Below are positions 40,731 to 53,600 of a DNA stretch of 64,000 nt, in pieces. Position numbers and translations under genes: made by a program. The stretch is from positions 53,010,001 through 53,074,000 of the forward strand of contig NC_043014.1 in NCBI RefSeq assembly GCF_006345805.1. The letters run 5' to 3'. The notes under the pieces are model-generated. The model did not search any database and was not told the DNA's origin. It was given only the letters and a program-made list of their open reading frames with translations. Every line of letters begins with the position of its first letter. Within the stretch, counting starts at the first letter, position 1. Source of the DNA: Octopus sinensis (Eukaryota).

Positions 40731-40934
40731 AATTGGAATACCCTTGCATTGATCACTCCTTCAAACTAAAACTGACCCCAGGTAACAGACCCCCCATCTG
40801 ATGAAGACTGATGAAGATCGATCTCAATTAAGCCATAAAACGGTGTAGAATGCATCGTGGGTTAACAAGTGATTCCTTTAGAATTTCTCCACATGCAAAA
40901 ATATGTTTAGGGTTTGGGGGGTCTTTTATATCAG

Positions 40935-41905
40935 ATACCATAAGCTCGCTAGAAATGAAGCCAGTATGCTCCGATGGATGTGTAATGCCGGTACTCACAC
41001 TCGGCAGAGTGTAAGTACCTTGAGAGAAAAGCTGGACCTAAGAAGCAGTTGTGGTGTGCAAGAGAGACGTTTGCGCTGGTATGGTCATGTGGCGAGAATG
41101 GATGAAATAGTTGTGTGAAAAAAAGTCCACACCCCTAGCAGTTGAGGGAACCTGTGGAAGAGGCAGACCCAGGAAAACCTGGGACGAGGTGGTGAAGCAC
41201 GACCTTCGAACTTTAGGTCTCACTGAGGAAATGACTAGAGACCGAGACCTCTGGAAGTGTGCTGTGCGCGAGAAGACCCGGCAGGACAAGTGAGTCCATA
41301 ACCCATGGCCTTCTACATGGGATGGAGCCAGCCTACGTATGCATACCTTCCCTTCTTGGGACAACAAAACTCTACTTGTGAAGACGTGATGAGGCAAGTG
41401 AGGATCAGAATCGAAATCGATCAATGGAAATTGCGGATGTGCTACCAGTGCCGTGGCATGTCAAAACTCTGCTTGTGAAGACCCGTTGAGGCAATTGACG
41501 ATCAGAATCGAAATCGATCAATGGAAATCGATCAATGGAATTGCAGAATGTGTTACCAGTGCCGGTGGCATGTAAGAGAACTTTCCGTTTCGCGACCGTT
41601 GCCAGCACCGCCCCGTTTCGTGTCCGTTGCCAGCCTCGCCTCGCCCTCGTGCCGGTGGCACATAAAAAGCACCATCCGTTCGTGGCCGTTTGCCAGCTCT
41701 GTCTGGCACCAGTGCGGGTGGCACGTAAAAAGCACCCACTACACTCACGGAGTGGTTGGCGTTAGGAGGGCATCCAGCCGTAGAAACACTGCCAGATTTG
41801 ACTGGGCCTGATGACCTTCTGGCTTCACAGACCCCAGTAGAACCGTCCAACCCATGCTAGCATGGAAAACGGACGCTAAACGATGATGATGATGATGATG
41901 ATGAC
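40935..41905 (+). mobile_element. RTE LINE 3' fragment with full 3' UTR
   Basis: KLARNEASMLRWMCN...RRLRWYGH, GTCGRGRPRKTWDEVVKHDLR. The UTR has an internal duplication of about 96 bp (41367-41462 vs 41463-41575) and ends in (GAT)n at about 41903. Confidence 0.9.
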
Positions 41906-44059
41906 CATAAGCTAACAAGAGAACATCCATGTGGTTACTCAGTTGGTTAGAAATAGCAGCCAAATCTCCCTCATAACCCATCATTATCGGCTTGATATCC
42001 ACTTTATTATGCTAGCATGGATCAGACAGAATTTAAGGCAGATTTTCTACAGCCAGAGCCCCTTTGTATTGTGAACCCTCAACTGTTTCTAAGCAAGGTA
42101 ATGTTTCCTAATGGCCGAACAGGTTTCGTAGGAAGATTGGAATAATGACCATCACGTGTGTAAAAGAGACGCTCGTTACCAATTATCACGTGACCCCTAG
42201 ACAAGGTGATAGAATCACACATACAACTGGCCCCTTTCAGTTTCAAATTCACTTACATGCCGTTCTTTTGTAGAGAATTATAGTAGACATCTTGTCGAAG
42301 GTGTCTCACAGAGGGATCGAACCCAGAACCATGCAGTTAGGAAGTGAACTTTCTAACACAGCCATGCCTTTACCATGACCCTACCCTAAAGAAAATTGGA
42401 AACCGGTAAGATATAGAGGATGTCTGCAATGCTGGTGGAATCCTAAACTACATCTTGGTTGGTGTTAAAAGTGATTGGTGACGAGTACAATTCAGACTAT
42501 TAAAAAAAAAGGGGGGGGCAACAAAACGGTCAGCTGTCTGTTGTAGGGTCACAATGTTGCAGGAAATGATGAACTGGAGCTGGCCCCAACCAATCCATAC
42601 TCACTGCAACAAGCTCCATTCCCCCACCCACCGACTTGAAATGATGACAAAATGTCTATTTAAACCTTCTGGTTCTAACCTGTCTGACACCGACAACCGA
42701 TTCTATGCTATAAAACTTCCTGCTTAAAATTATCTTGATTACAATCTTCCATTAAAGTTCCATGTCAATTTATATTCCAAGCACCAGCTTAATGACAAAA
42801 GTTATTCTGCCAAATTCCCTTTTAAATTTTCAGAATCAATTTAAACAAAGGAATCACTAAAAGATTCAAAGAAACATCTTATAAGAAAATACTCTTCAAA
42901 TCGTTTCTCTTAATTCTTGTACTACAAACACTATCAATTAATCTTTCATTTTACTTTTATTTTAAAGTCAGTCATGAGGGGAGAGGTTTTGCCCATATCC
43001 TGAAGACTTCACAGCCAACACCAAACACTGCAACGTATTCAATGAAAAACTTCAAATTTTGCAACAAATGGCATTTTTAAAGTCTTTTACTCAGATTTCT
43101 CAAATGTCCCCATCCTCCAGTCTTAATGTCCTTTCCACCACATTTTACATTAATCAGCCAACCACCAAATAAGGACTCCTTCCGTGACTAGCAAAACCAT
43201 CTCACTCCCCCTCCTGGCAATCTACCCAATTGTAGGGTCCCTCCCTTCCTTACTAATCTGGTCTTCTTCACCCCCATGCTTGCTCTGGACCTTTCTCTCA
43301 TACTCCTATTTTCTAGCATAAGGCTATCACCTCTGTTCAGGTTCGAAGTCTTGCAAGCCACATGACAACCTCATTAGTGTTGATTGCAGGAAAGAAAGTA
43401 CCCAGGACCCATGGTTGGCATTGCGAAAGGCCATAGAAACCATGCCTTAGCAGACACCGTCACATGATGCAATCCTTGAGCCCAGTGGACCCTATCAAAC
43501 CGTCCAACCCATGGCAGCAAGGAACAAGCAAGTTAAGTGATTATTAGACCAGGGAGTTGGCGGAATTGTTAGCAAACCAAACAAGAACTATAGAAACATT
43601 TTGTCTGTCTTTGTATTCTAAATTCAAATTGCTGAGGTCGACTTTGCCTTTCCTCCTTTTAGGGTCAATATCAGTCGAGCACTAGGGTCAATGCAATCGA
43701 CTAGACCGTCACCTTACCCTCCAAAATATCAGTCCTTGTTCCTATACTCATCATCATTTAACATCCACCCTCCATGCTGGCACAGGGTGGATGGTTTGAC
43801 ATGAAGCTATCCAGACCCCCAACTGTTTGTTGTGAGATGAGAATTATTAAAAAGGGGCTGAACTGGCTGATTTGTTAGAACTTTGGACAAAATGCATTTC
43901 TTTCAGCCCTTGGCATTCTCAGCTCAAATTCCACCAACCATGACTGTAGTCTACTGACCACAAAAGGGTGAAAGATAAAGCATCAGTTGAATGCTGGGGT
44001 CGTAACTGATTTTCCCACCTCTCTCAAAATTATTATTAGTGAAATTTAATAAAAATAGA

Positions 44060-44797
44060 AACAAGAAGAAAAAGTTTGATAAGTTTATTTCAAAAAAAGT
44101 TGGAAAATGGAATTAAAGAAAAAAAAGAAACAGAAATTAGCTTTTAATTTGTAAGTCGTTTAATTTTCTTGATTTATTTTCTATGAAAACTGCAGCAAAA
44201 AGTGAAAGAATGAAAAGTTTGTTTCTTAAAAATAATTAAAAAAAAAAGGCACCAGATGGTTTGAAGAGAAAATAATTTTGTTTTGTTTAACGAAAGCAAG
44301 TTACGTTGTGTTTGTTCGTGATTAACAACCACTGGAAGGCAATAATTCCATTTCTTGTCACATTTGCAGATATTAAATTATGATAGAAAAATAATAATAC
44401 ACAGACAAAGGTATTTGTCAGGTAAATTAAAGAGATTTTGTTGAAATAAACCAGCAAAAATCAGAAAAGAAAGAAATACAGAAATAAAAGACGAATTTCG
44501 TTGAAGTGTGAGAGGAAAAAAAAGATGTAATGACATGCAGAGAGAGAAGAGAAGAAGATTTAAGATGGGGCTAGAATAAGAACTAATTATAATTAAAATA
44601 ATGAGGAGGAGGAGGAGGCAAGAAAGCAATGGCTAGCAATAATAAAAAAAAAAAAGTTTCCCCACCCCCCTACTTCATCTTCTGAAGAATTCATCCTTAA
44701 TGTGGAAGGTTAAGGTGTCTCGAGAAATTCTCTCAAAAGATTTGCCAACCCAGAGAAGAAGAAGAAAGAGAAATAAAATGTGAAGAAGCCAGCCATC
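44060..44797 (-). promoter_or_regulatory. Probable 3' UTR of the thymosin gene with candidate polyadenylation signals
   Basis: U-rich on the minus strand and free of obvious repeats. AATAAA on the minus strand at 44089-44084 and 44178-44173; a SINE begins just beyond (about 44040). The exact 3' end is unknown. Confidence 0.5.
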
Positions 44798-44826
44798 TTA
44801 AGCAGAGCCTTTTTCTTGAGCAATAT
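44798..44826 (-). CDS. Beta-thymosin repeat gene, terminal coding exon
   Basis: Acceptor ctattttcttttcag|. Encodes (D)IAQEKGSA-stop (TAA at 44800-44798), completing the C-terminal helix of repeat 4, and is followed by U-rich UTR-like sequence. Confidence 0.9.
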
Positions 44827-47800
44827 CTGAAAAGAAAATAGAAAGTTTATAGAAAACGGAAGAAATTTCACAAACAAATAAAACAATAAACTGACGCCAG
44901 ATAAAAACACACCATTTTGTCTTTATAAAAAAAATAATCCAAGTTTTTCCACCCCCACCCACCAGAATGGTTTCTGTAATAAGTGGAATACAGCTGCTAT
45001 TTCTAGCAAGAGACAACTATTTCTCTATGGATTCCTGCCATCCTGAGGAGGCTTTCCACAGCAAACTTGTTCTGCTTTTCCCCCAAAAAGCACCACCATG
45101 GGCCGCAAACTCTTTCCTTGCTTTATTACTTTTTTGAACTTCTGATACTACAACAGTCACAAGTTTTCTCAGGTCCCAGTTAGACAAACCCTAGCCCGAC
45201 CCCTCTTCCTGATTTCTTCACTGTTTGGGGCTGGGGGTCCTTTCTGACCGCTCAGGACATTCAGTGCTTAACAAGAAGGTACGCAAACACACACGCACAT
45301 CCAAACTCGTCCGTTTTACAGCCAGATGCCTTTCCTCCTACTAACCCTTCCCTTATTTGAGTGAGGGATCGCATTACACACAGCTTCAAAGGGACAAAGA
45401 GCCAAAAACAATTTGTTGACAACAACACACAACACTTTTATACAAACAAATGCAGAAAAAAAACACCCAAACACATGAAAGTCTTCTTTCGGTTTTGCCG
45501 ACCAAATCCACTCCAAAGGGCTTGGTCGGCCCAGGGCTATAGCAGAGAACTCTTGTTCGCGGTGGGATTGAGCCTGTAACCATGTGGTTGGAAAGTGACC
45601 CTTGGCAACCGTACAGCTATGCTTAACACCTTATTCCAGTTCTAAATCGATTTCATTCGTCGATCCATTTGCTGACACAGAGCTTCAGAGTTGCCTCCCC
45701 TCGCTCTTTAATCTTTCTCACAACACGTGACACTGACTAATGACGGGTTTTCTTTTTCTTTATTGAATAAGAGAAATGTATCGGCACCGATTATTAAAAT
45801 CAGTTTGTGCCCAAGAAAAGGAAGAAAAAAAAACTGTCAGCTGCAAAAATGCCAAACAACTTTCACTTGTCAAACAAACTGAACGAAAAACCAAAAAAAA
45901 ACCCGAACTCACCGGCCTTGGTTGGCAAAACGGTTTTCTCACAAGTCTTTGTGCATTTCAACTCAGTTTTGTCAAACTTGTTGATGGAATTCTTCAGTTC
46001 TTGCTCAGTTTTTTCTTGTTTAATTGCTAAAGAAAAATTTCAGATCATTAAAGTATCTCCACGTAAACACAAACTGTGAACAGCAAAACATACAAGAAAT
46101 ATCAGTTTCTAATATAAACAGATTTCACTTTAAAAACCAGTAAAGTGCCATTTTATCATCGGAGTCCATCTGGCATCTACTTTCCGACAGCCGGATGCCC
46201 TTCCTGTCACCAACCTTCACTCGTTTCCAAGCAAGGTAACAGGTTTCTCCCAGGACCAGATAGGTTTCCACAACAGATTGCAAACACTGCAATTCTATGA
46301 AGGCGATGTCTCTTTACAATTAGCAAACGACAAGACAACACACAGATGTATATCTTGCTTGGAAACAAGGGTTGGCAACAGGAAAGGCATCCAGCAAGAG
46401 AAATCCTGTCTCACTGAATCCCATCTGACCCATTCAAGCACGGAAAAACAGAATGATAATAACAGGGTATGGTTGAAGGAATGTGTGCCTGCTTGTTATG
46501 AGATCCTGGGATGGTTTGAAATGAATGCCACCATCAGATGATGATACTCATATCCAGACTTCTATGAAAAACAGGTTTGGGCATAGGAAAGTAATGATGA
46601 TGATAACTATAAGCAATCACTTACTGTCTTTGTCTGGAAGCGGGTTCTTCTCCTCCACTTCAGCATGTTTTAGTTGGTTCTTATCAAAATCGTTAATATT
46701 GCTTCGTAGTTTTTGTTCCGTCTTCTCTTGGTCGATTTCTAAATGTAAAGAAAAAAATTAAAATTAGAAAAGAAAAACAGAAACCAAGTCACTTTGGAGG
46801 GGGGGGGGAGTCTATTTACAAACACAGAAACAAAAAACACTTTTTTTCTAGATTCCATTCAGTTTATTTGAATTCATCAAAATATTTTAATATCTTTTTC
46901 AAAATATAAGTTCCTTTGTCATATTTGTTCTGGAGAGGTGGGGGGGAGGGCCCATTTGGGTGGAAACTGCAGAAAGTGGACGACTGCCAAAGTCAGTCAT
47001 TTCAAAATTTCATATTCAACCCAAACAACAGACAAAAGCATTTTGTTAAGTACCAAAGCCTTTTGTTGTCTAATTATGACTCGGCCACGACAAACACTGA
47101 AACTCTTTATGACAGAAGCTGTTGGCCGCTTCTTGTTATGTTTTGGCACAAATTATTTATTCACACCTACATTCTACAAGAACTGGCTTCTTTACAGACT
47201 TGGAAACTTGGAAACTTGTTTAAAAACAAAACAGCAAACAAGAAAAGCTGAGAGAGGAGGGGGGGGGGTGAATGACTAAGTACAACAATACAATTGTTTT
47301 AATTGCTTATGCAACCATTATCGTTAGTAAAACAGTCAAAGTGTGGCAAAAATAAATTTAATTCTTTCTCATTAAGAATTAATCCGTGATGAAAGATTTC
47401 TGACAATTAACTGGAAGATAACAGAGTCCAAGAAAAATCTGTGGTGATGGTCAGCAACCACAAAAAATTGACTTAGTTTTGTAAATTTCGATAAAGTTGT
47501 ATGGAATGGAGAGAATCTTTATTTCCAAGAAATGATTTTAGTCAGAAAGGATGTTTTTATGAAAGAAATTCTCCATCAAAGAAAAACTTCAACAGATTTG
47601 AAGTAAATTATTTTCACAAGAATTTAGAAAGTCATAAGTAAATAAAACTTAAAAGTTTAGAAAATTGGGCCCAGGTGTGGCTGAGTATACCTGCCAACCA
47701 CATGGTTCCAGGCTCAGTTCCACTGAGTGACACCTTGGGCAAGTGTCTTCTACTATAACCTTGTGAGTAGAATTGGTAGATGGAAACTGAAAGAAGCCTG

Positions 47801-50621
47801 TCACGTGTGTGCATGCACCCCCCCCCCCCCCACTGCTTGACAACTGGTGTTGATGCGTTTGTCCCCATAACTTAGGTTTTTTGAAGCCTGGTACTTTATC
47901 AGTCTCTTGCCAAATTGCTAAGTGCTGGGGTCAGTAGGTGCTCCAGCATGGCCAGCACAGTCTAATGACAAACAAGAGACAGAAAAGATGAAAGATCTTA
48001 GAATTTTTGCTGGCAAAAAGAAAAGGCTTCTAAAATGGAGGACATTTGAAGTGTTGCTATGGTGATCTGAAAACCCACCAAAATTTCTGTTGCAAACACC
48101 AGGCAAATAATGTCAAGGCTAATTTGATGAAGTTCTTTGTTATTTTCAAAATTAATTACAACAAAGTTTATTCCAACAGAAATGTGGTAAGAGCCATTTT
48201 TGCGGCTGAACTGGACAAAGCCATTCCTAAAGCTGTCTTGGTACATGAACAATAAGAACAGAAACAAATGACTGCTTTGTTGACAAAGCTACAACGCCAT
48301 GGACAATGCAAATGTCTTTGAATGGTTAATAAGAAGGTAAATCATCCTTTCATGAATTTAGTAGAGAAAAATCTTCACAAAAATCTGTTTCCACATCAAA
48401 TACAGACTCACCTTTCTGTCACCTGAAAATGAAATTTACAAGATTCACTGGCAAAGTGCAAGAGATTCCCAAAGAATTTGTATTTGGAGAAAGTTTACAA
48501 GAATCACATTAAATGTTGATTGACCTGAAAGGAAATACTAAATCTATTGAGGTTTTCAGGACAAACCCACCACAAGTGCACAATAAAGGGCAAAATGTGT
48601 TCCAAATAACCATGCTGCAGATTTAGGGAAATCTGCAAATGTGCACACACATGTGTGAATAATGCACTCAATTGTGCAGTTTGTGTGCATAATGTTGGTA
48701 TAAATCTACATTGACAAAAACAGGCAAACATTCAACCAGAGAAATCTCCCTTAGGCCAAACGTCATTCTACTATTTAAGACCCAACCAATGTCTAATAAT
48801 AGGGACCAGGCAATTCAACTTGGCCGGTCGAATAATTACAATACAAAATAGTCTGCAAAAGATTAATCTTTTTCTCAAATTCAATAGCTTGTCCTTTTAA
48901 CTATATTAACCGTTCTGATACCCACTGAAGTCCACCCGGTTCTAAGATACACACTGCCTGTTTTTAAATTAATTTAATTCTAGGTTGATGTTTAGAATAT
49001 AAATTTAATATGGTTTTACTAAATCATTCGTTATTTCTAAAATAGATCTCATGAGCCAAAACCTTACATAAACCAATAAGTCAAAACACTACCAGAATTT
49101 TCTTCTACAGTGGATAGATGTGCAAGTCAGAAAAACTATGCATTAAAAGTTCATAATTTATCATTTTTTTTTTTTATAGAAATCATTCCGGAACCAATCT
49201 TCTCTAAACCTTCTCAAAACCTATCTTCATTTGTAACTCATTAAGTTATACATCTAGTTAATTAGCTTCCAATTATAGGAAGGCGATAACATTCTCACAT
49301 CAAACTTTAAAATGTTTTTTTTTAACTCTTAAGTAAATTTCAGGAGTTATAACTTCATATTCTCAAGAAATCAATTATATTTGGATAAAAACAGAATTAT
49401 ATGACAGATGTTTTGTAATTTAGACATAAAACAAAACAACAAAAGCAGCTTTAAAGGAGAAAATGGCTTTTTGAGATTTAGACAAGTTTTTAGGGTGAAG
49501 GGTTTGAGGACAGATTAAAATTTGTGTGACTTATTAAGACCAAGAAATACAACAAACGAAGATTCATCAAATATTTAAAAGGGTCCAGTTTGATGTAACA
49601 AAATACAATTAAATATAAATTAATCACATTTACAAAATTAAATCAATTTAAATCTACAAAATTAAATCAATTTTGTGATGGAAGGAGGATAAGAGTACAT
49701 CTTTAGTGGGTGGGGGTACATATTTCTGCAGGGAAAGGAAATGTTCTGCTCCAGAGTTTGGCGTTCTAGAAAAAAAAAGGAGAAAAAAAAGAAAAGAAAA
49801 AAAAACAGAAAAAAAGAAATCTCTAAAAGCTGTTAGTAACAACTTGAGTTAGTTTGAACGAAAACTATAAGCAACCGTTTAAGTATGAACAAACACAAAA
49901 AAGGGACCAGATTGGAAGGAGAGCCTGGTTTATTGATCGATTCATTCACCCTGTATACCCACCCACCCACCCAAGCTGACAACACTAAACCTACTTTTGA
50001 TACAATGTATAACAAAAGTCTGTCTCTGCATTCACAAACAAGGACAGCAGTCAATGTTAAGAATGACTATCACACACACACACACACACACACGGTAACA
50101 AGGAACTAGAGTCAGCAATGGTTTGAAGTCGACCCCTGAAGACTTCATATTACAACCATATGTGTGTGTTTTATATACAACACCACACATCTTGTTATAT
50201 CAATTCGCAAAAGAGATGATGATTAAATGATACAAAAATGTTGAGGCAGGGGGCAAGAGAAGATCCCTCTCACTCAGCATTTCGGGCTGCCACCCCCTTA
50301 ACACCCAGGCCACATTCCTAGCACCACCACCCCACCAACCAACCCTCACAAACACAGACCCCTTTCTGAAGCAAATCCAAAGCAACTGGATTTCACAAAT
50401 AAAACTTAACCTAATGAACCCCTTATTTTGTCGTTTTTACATGAATCGCGACCCCATTATCGCCCCACTTCTCTTCAAGGTCACCTTGGAACTTTCCACT
50501 GTCCCTAGTGGGGGCAATACCATCCACTTTGGGAACCATTGCCTAACTCATGCCAAAAAGAGAAAATGTCAACTTGTAGACATAAATACAAAAAGGAGAC
50601 AAAAAGATTAGCCTTCTTATG

Positions 50622-50672
<51 letters not shown>

Positions 50673-53600
50673 TTGTGTTTGTGTTTGTGTTTGTGTGTGT
50701 GTGTGTGTGTTTGTGTGTTTGTGTGTTTGTGTGTTTGTGTGTTTGTGTGTTTGTGTGTTTGTGTGTTTGTGTGTTTGTGTGTGTGTAAAATCACGAACAA
50801 TGAGCATCAAAATGATTACTTTCACATATTTTTGATACAACCCATGCCAGCATGGAAAGCGGACATTAAACGATGATGATGATTCTGGAAGACCTGAATG
50901 TGTCCAGAAGACACAAGGGACTCTGAAACACCTCTGTTTCAACATTGCTGTCTTCTCAGGCAAAGGAGACCCCAAACTAATGGCTAACAAGAGCTCAGGG
51001 CTCCTGTTTGCTGATGCGTGTCTGATGTGAAATGGTGAAAGCCAGTTGCTGTTACATACTGAAAAGTCTCTTAGTAAGCTGTTAGTAACTAGAAACACAC
51101 AAGTTTAGTAATTAGAAAAATACCAACTCAAAGCTAAGGTTAGTAAGAAACACTGAGGGTTATTCAGCAACATTTTAAGCACAAAAACAAATCTATTCAG
51201 TTATTTGTTTGTCCACCCAACTGCATGAAGCATGGTTAAGACTTTCTGCCCATGACCAACCTGTCTTGTCAGGTAAGCTTATTTTCTCTTGGGTTTCAGT
51301 TGGGTTAAGTTTTGCTTTGTCAAAACTACCGATGGAGCTGCGCAACTCTTGCTCACTTTTCTCTTTGACAATATCTAAGGAAAAAAGACAACAATAAAAA
51401 CAAAAAATAGAAAAACAAAGACATCTGAGAAAGGATTGCTGGTGGCAGTGACTGAAGGAACCAAAAGATTAAAGAATGATGGGAGGCAAAAACTGACAAT
51501 GAAAGTCATTATTCTCATCACTCAAATTATTACTCATCACTTTTAAGCACAATTAAAAACACAAATCTATTCAGTTGTTGGTCGACCCAATTGCATGAAA
51601 CATGCCTCAGCACATGGTTAAGTCTTTCTGCCCATGACCAACATGTCTTGTCAACAGATAAGGCTATTTTCCAGTCATATCTTTCTGCAGATTATTTCTT
51701 AAATTGAAATCGTTTTTTTTTTTTCCAATTTTTAGAAAAGAATCTACAAAAAGCATTTGGTTGAAACCTGGTGGATCAGCAGCAAAAGAAATAAATTGGT
51801 CAGGGTCAGCAAGTTTCTCAGCCAAAAGCAAGTGCTACTTGGTCAAGCAGTGAGGGCTGGGGACATTGCAGGACTGATTATCAGTCAGGGTTTACTGGAA
51901 TTAAGAGGATTATCTGCTTGAATTAAGGGGATTATCTGCCAGTCAGATTCCTTGAATGACAATCTCTACATGGTCATCCATACTTGCTAAAAATAGCAGT
52001 CAAATCTTCCAACTCACACCATCCACCAAACATTAAGTTCACAGCTGAATGATTGTGGTTGGTCAACATGGCCAACGCAGCCTGTGGTCATTCAAAATGC
52101 TAGAAATAGCAGCTGCAAATCTCCATTAAATCATATTCTGCTATCTTAAAAAAGACAAGGACACGTTGGAAAATGTAGACTTATATGTCTGTAAAGAAGT
52201 GAAAGTCATGGCTGGATTGTCTAGTCAGTATAGTTAACTCCTGATAGACTTAGAAATGAATAAAGATGAAGTCTTCAAATGATATTTCACAACTTAAAGG
52301 GTTATGGAGGCTCCCTGTTATATGGGGGGGGGGGGTTAAAAGAAACATGATAAGCCCCAGGTGAACTTTGATTGAATAAGCCTAGGATCAAAGCAACCCG
52401 ACCATGACCTTCCCATCATTTCTAGGAATATCTAGAACTAGATCATCTAACGGCTCCAATATTGTTCGATTTGAGGAGAGATTTGACTTATTTCTTTGAG
52501 GTGAAAACTTTAAGAAATCTGAATCAAGAATTTTATTTTCGTTCTGGGAATAAACCAGAGAAGCACTCAAGACCGGGTTTCCTGTGGCTCTGGAATCCAT
52601 TCTACATGGAGAAAACAAGGAAATTAATGGACGACTTGGTCAGTTGCCAAAGTATTGCAGCTACAGAATTGTCAACCAGTGAAAATGTATCCGGTTATAA
52701 ATCTGACCAATGTGCTTGTCACCATGACAACAGTGAAGCTGACGGATGCAGACAAAACCCGTGTTTTGTTTGTCTTCAAGGTTTTAATGTCTCCTCTTTA
52801 AAAAAAAAGACACTTCATTGCATAATTATTTCTATAAATAGTTTCTACATCAAACACACGATGAAGCAGTTCTGCTGTGACCACAAGAAAGGAGCCTCTA
52901 TAACATGGCTTCATGCTAGAAATAGTCAGCTATCTCTCCTTCAAATTAGTCTCATCATAAAAAGGAAGCTCGAGTTGTGATTATGTGGCCCTTAATAGAG
53001 AATAGGGTTGTTTGATGATGGTTAATCTGGGACTAAAACAACAGCTATGATCCCTTAAGGTGGTTACTCAAATGGCCTATAATAGCACCCAAATCTCCCT
53101 CAAAATACTCTCCTACAGCCTTGAGAAAATTGAAGACCACAGCCTTACACACACGTGAGAAAGAGAGAGAGAGAGAAACAAAAAGCAGGATCATAACTGC
53201 AACAGCTGATGAGATCAGCTTTAAGGAAGTTAACCTAGGGTTAAACAAAAGCAACAGTATGGTAGTGTTGGCAAGGATATTCAGCTTGCCCCTCCATGGC
53301 CACTCCATTTGCTAAGCTGCCATTTCCAGGGAGGCAAAGAGGGAATAGAATCAGCAAAGACTAAAATGTCATCCAAAGTCTTCTGTCCACCATTGAAAGA
53401 ATTCCACATCTTTTTGACAATCTCATCCATTTGCATTTTGGTGAGGCAAAATTAAATCATTTCTCTGGGATTTTTCTTGCAGTTTATGGCCAGAATTGTT
53501 ACAGCAGACAAAGTATTTTGTACTAATGGTTTTGTTTGCCTACATGTGAGTTCAAATCCAGTTGGGGTCAATGAAATAAAAATACCAATCTGTTTATTAC

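Noticed and set aside
40797-40830. ctgatgaagactgatgaaga, hammerhead-like start (also ctgatgag at about 27577)
   Set aside because: No downstream GAAA or compatible stems.
52462-52980. 172-aa plus-strand ORF inside thymosin intron 1
   Set aside because: No domain and no splice support; the 3' part overlaps the dispersed gctagaaatagcagccaaatctccctc repeat family.
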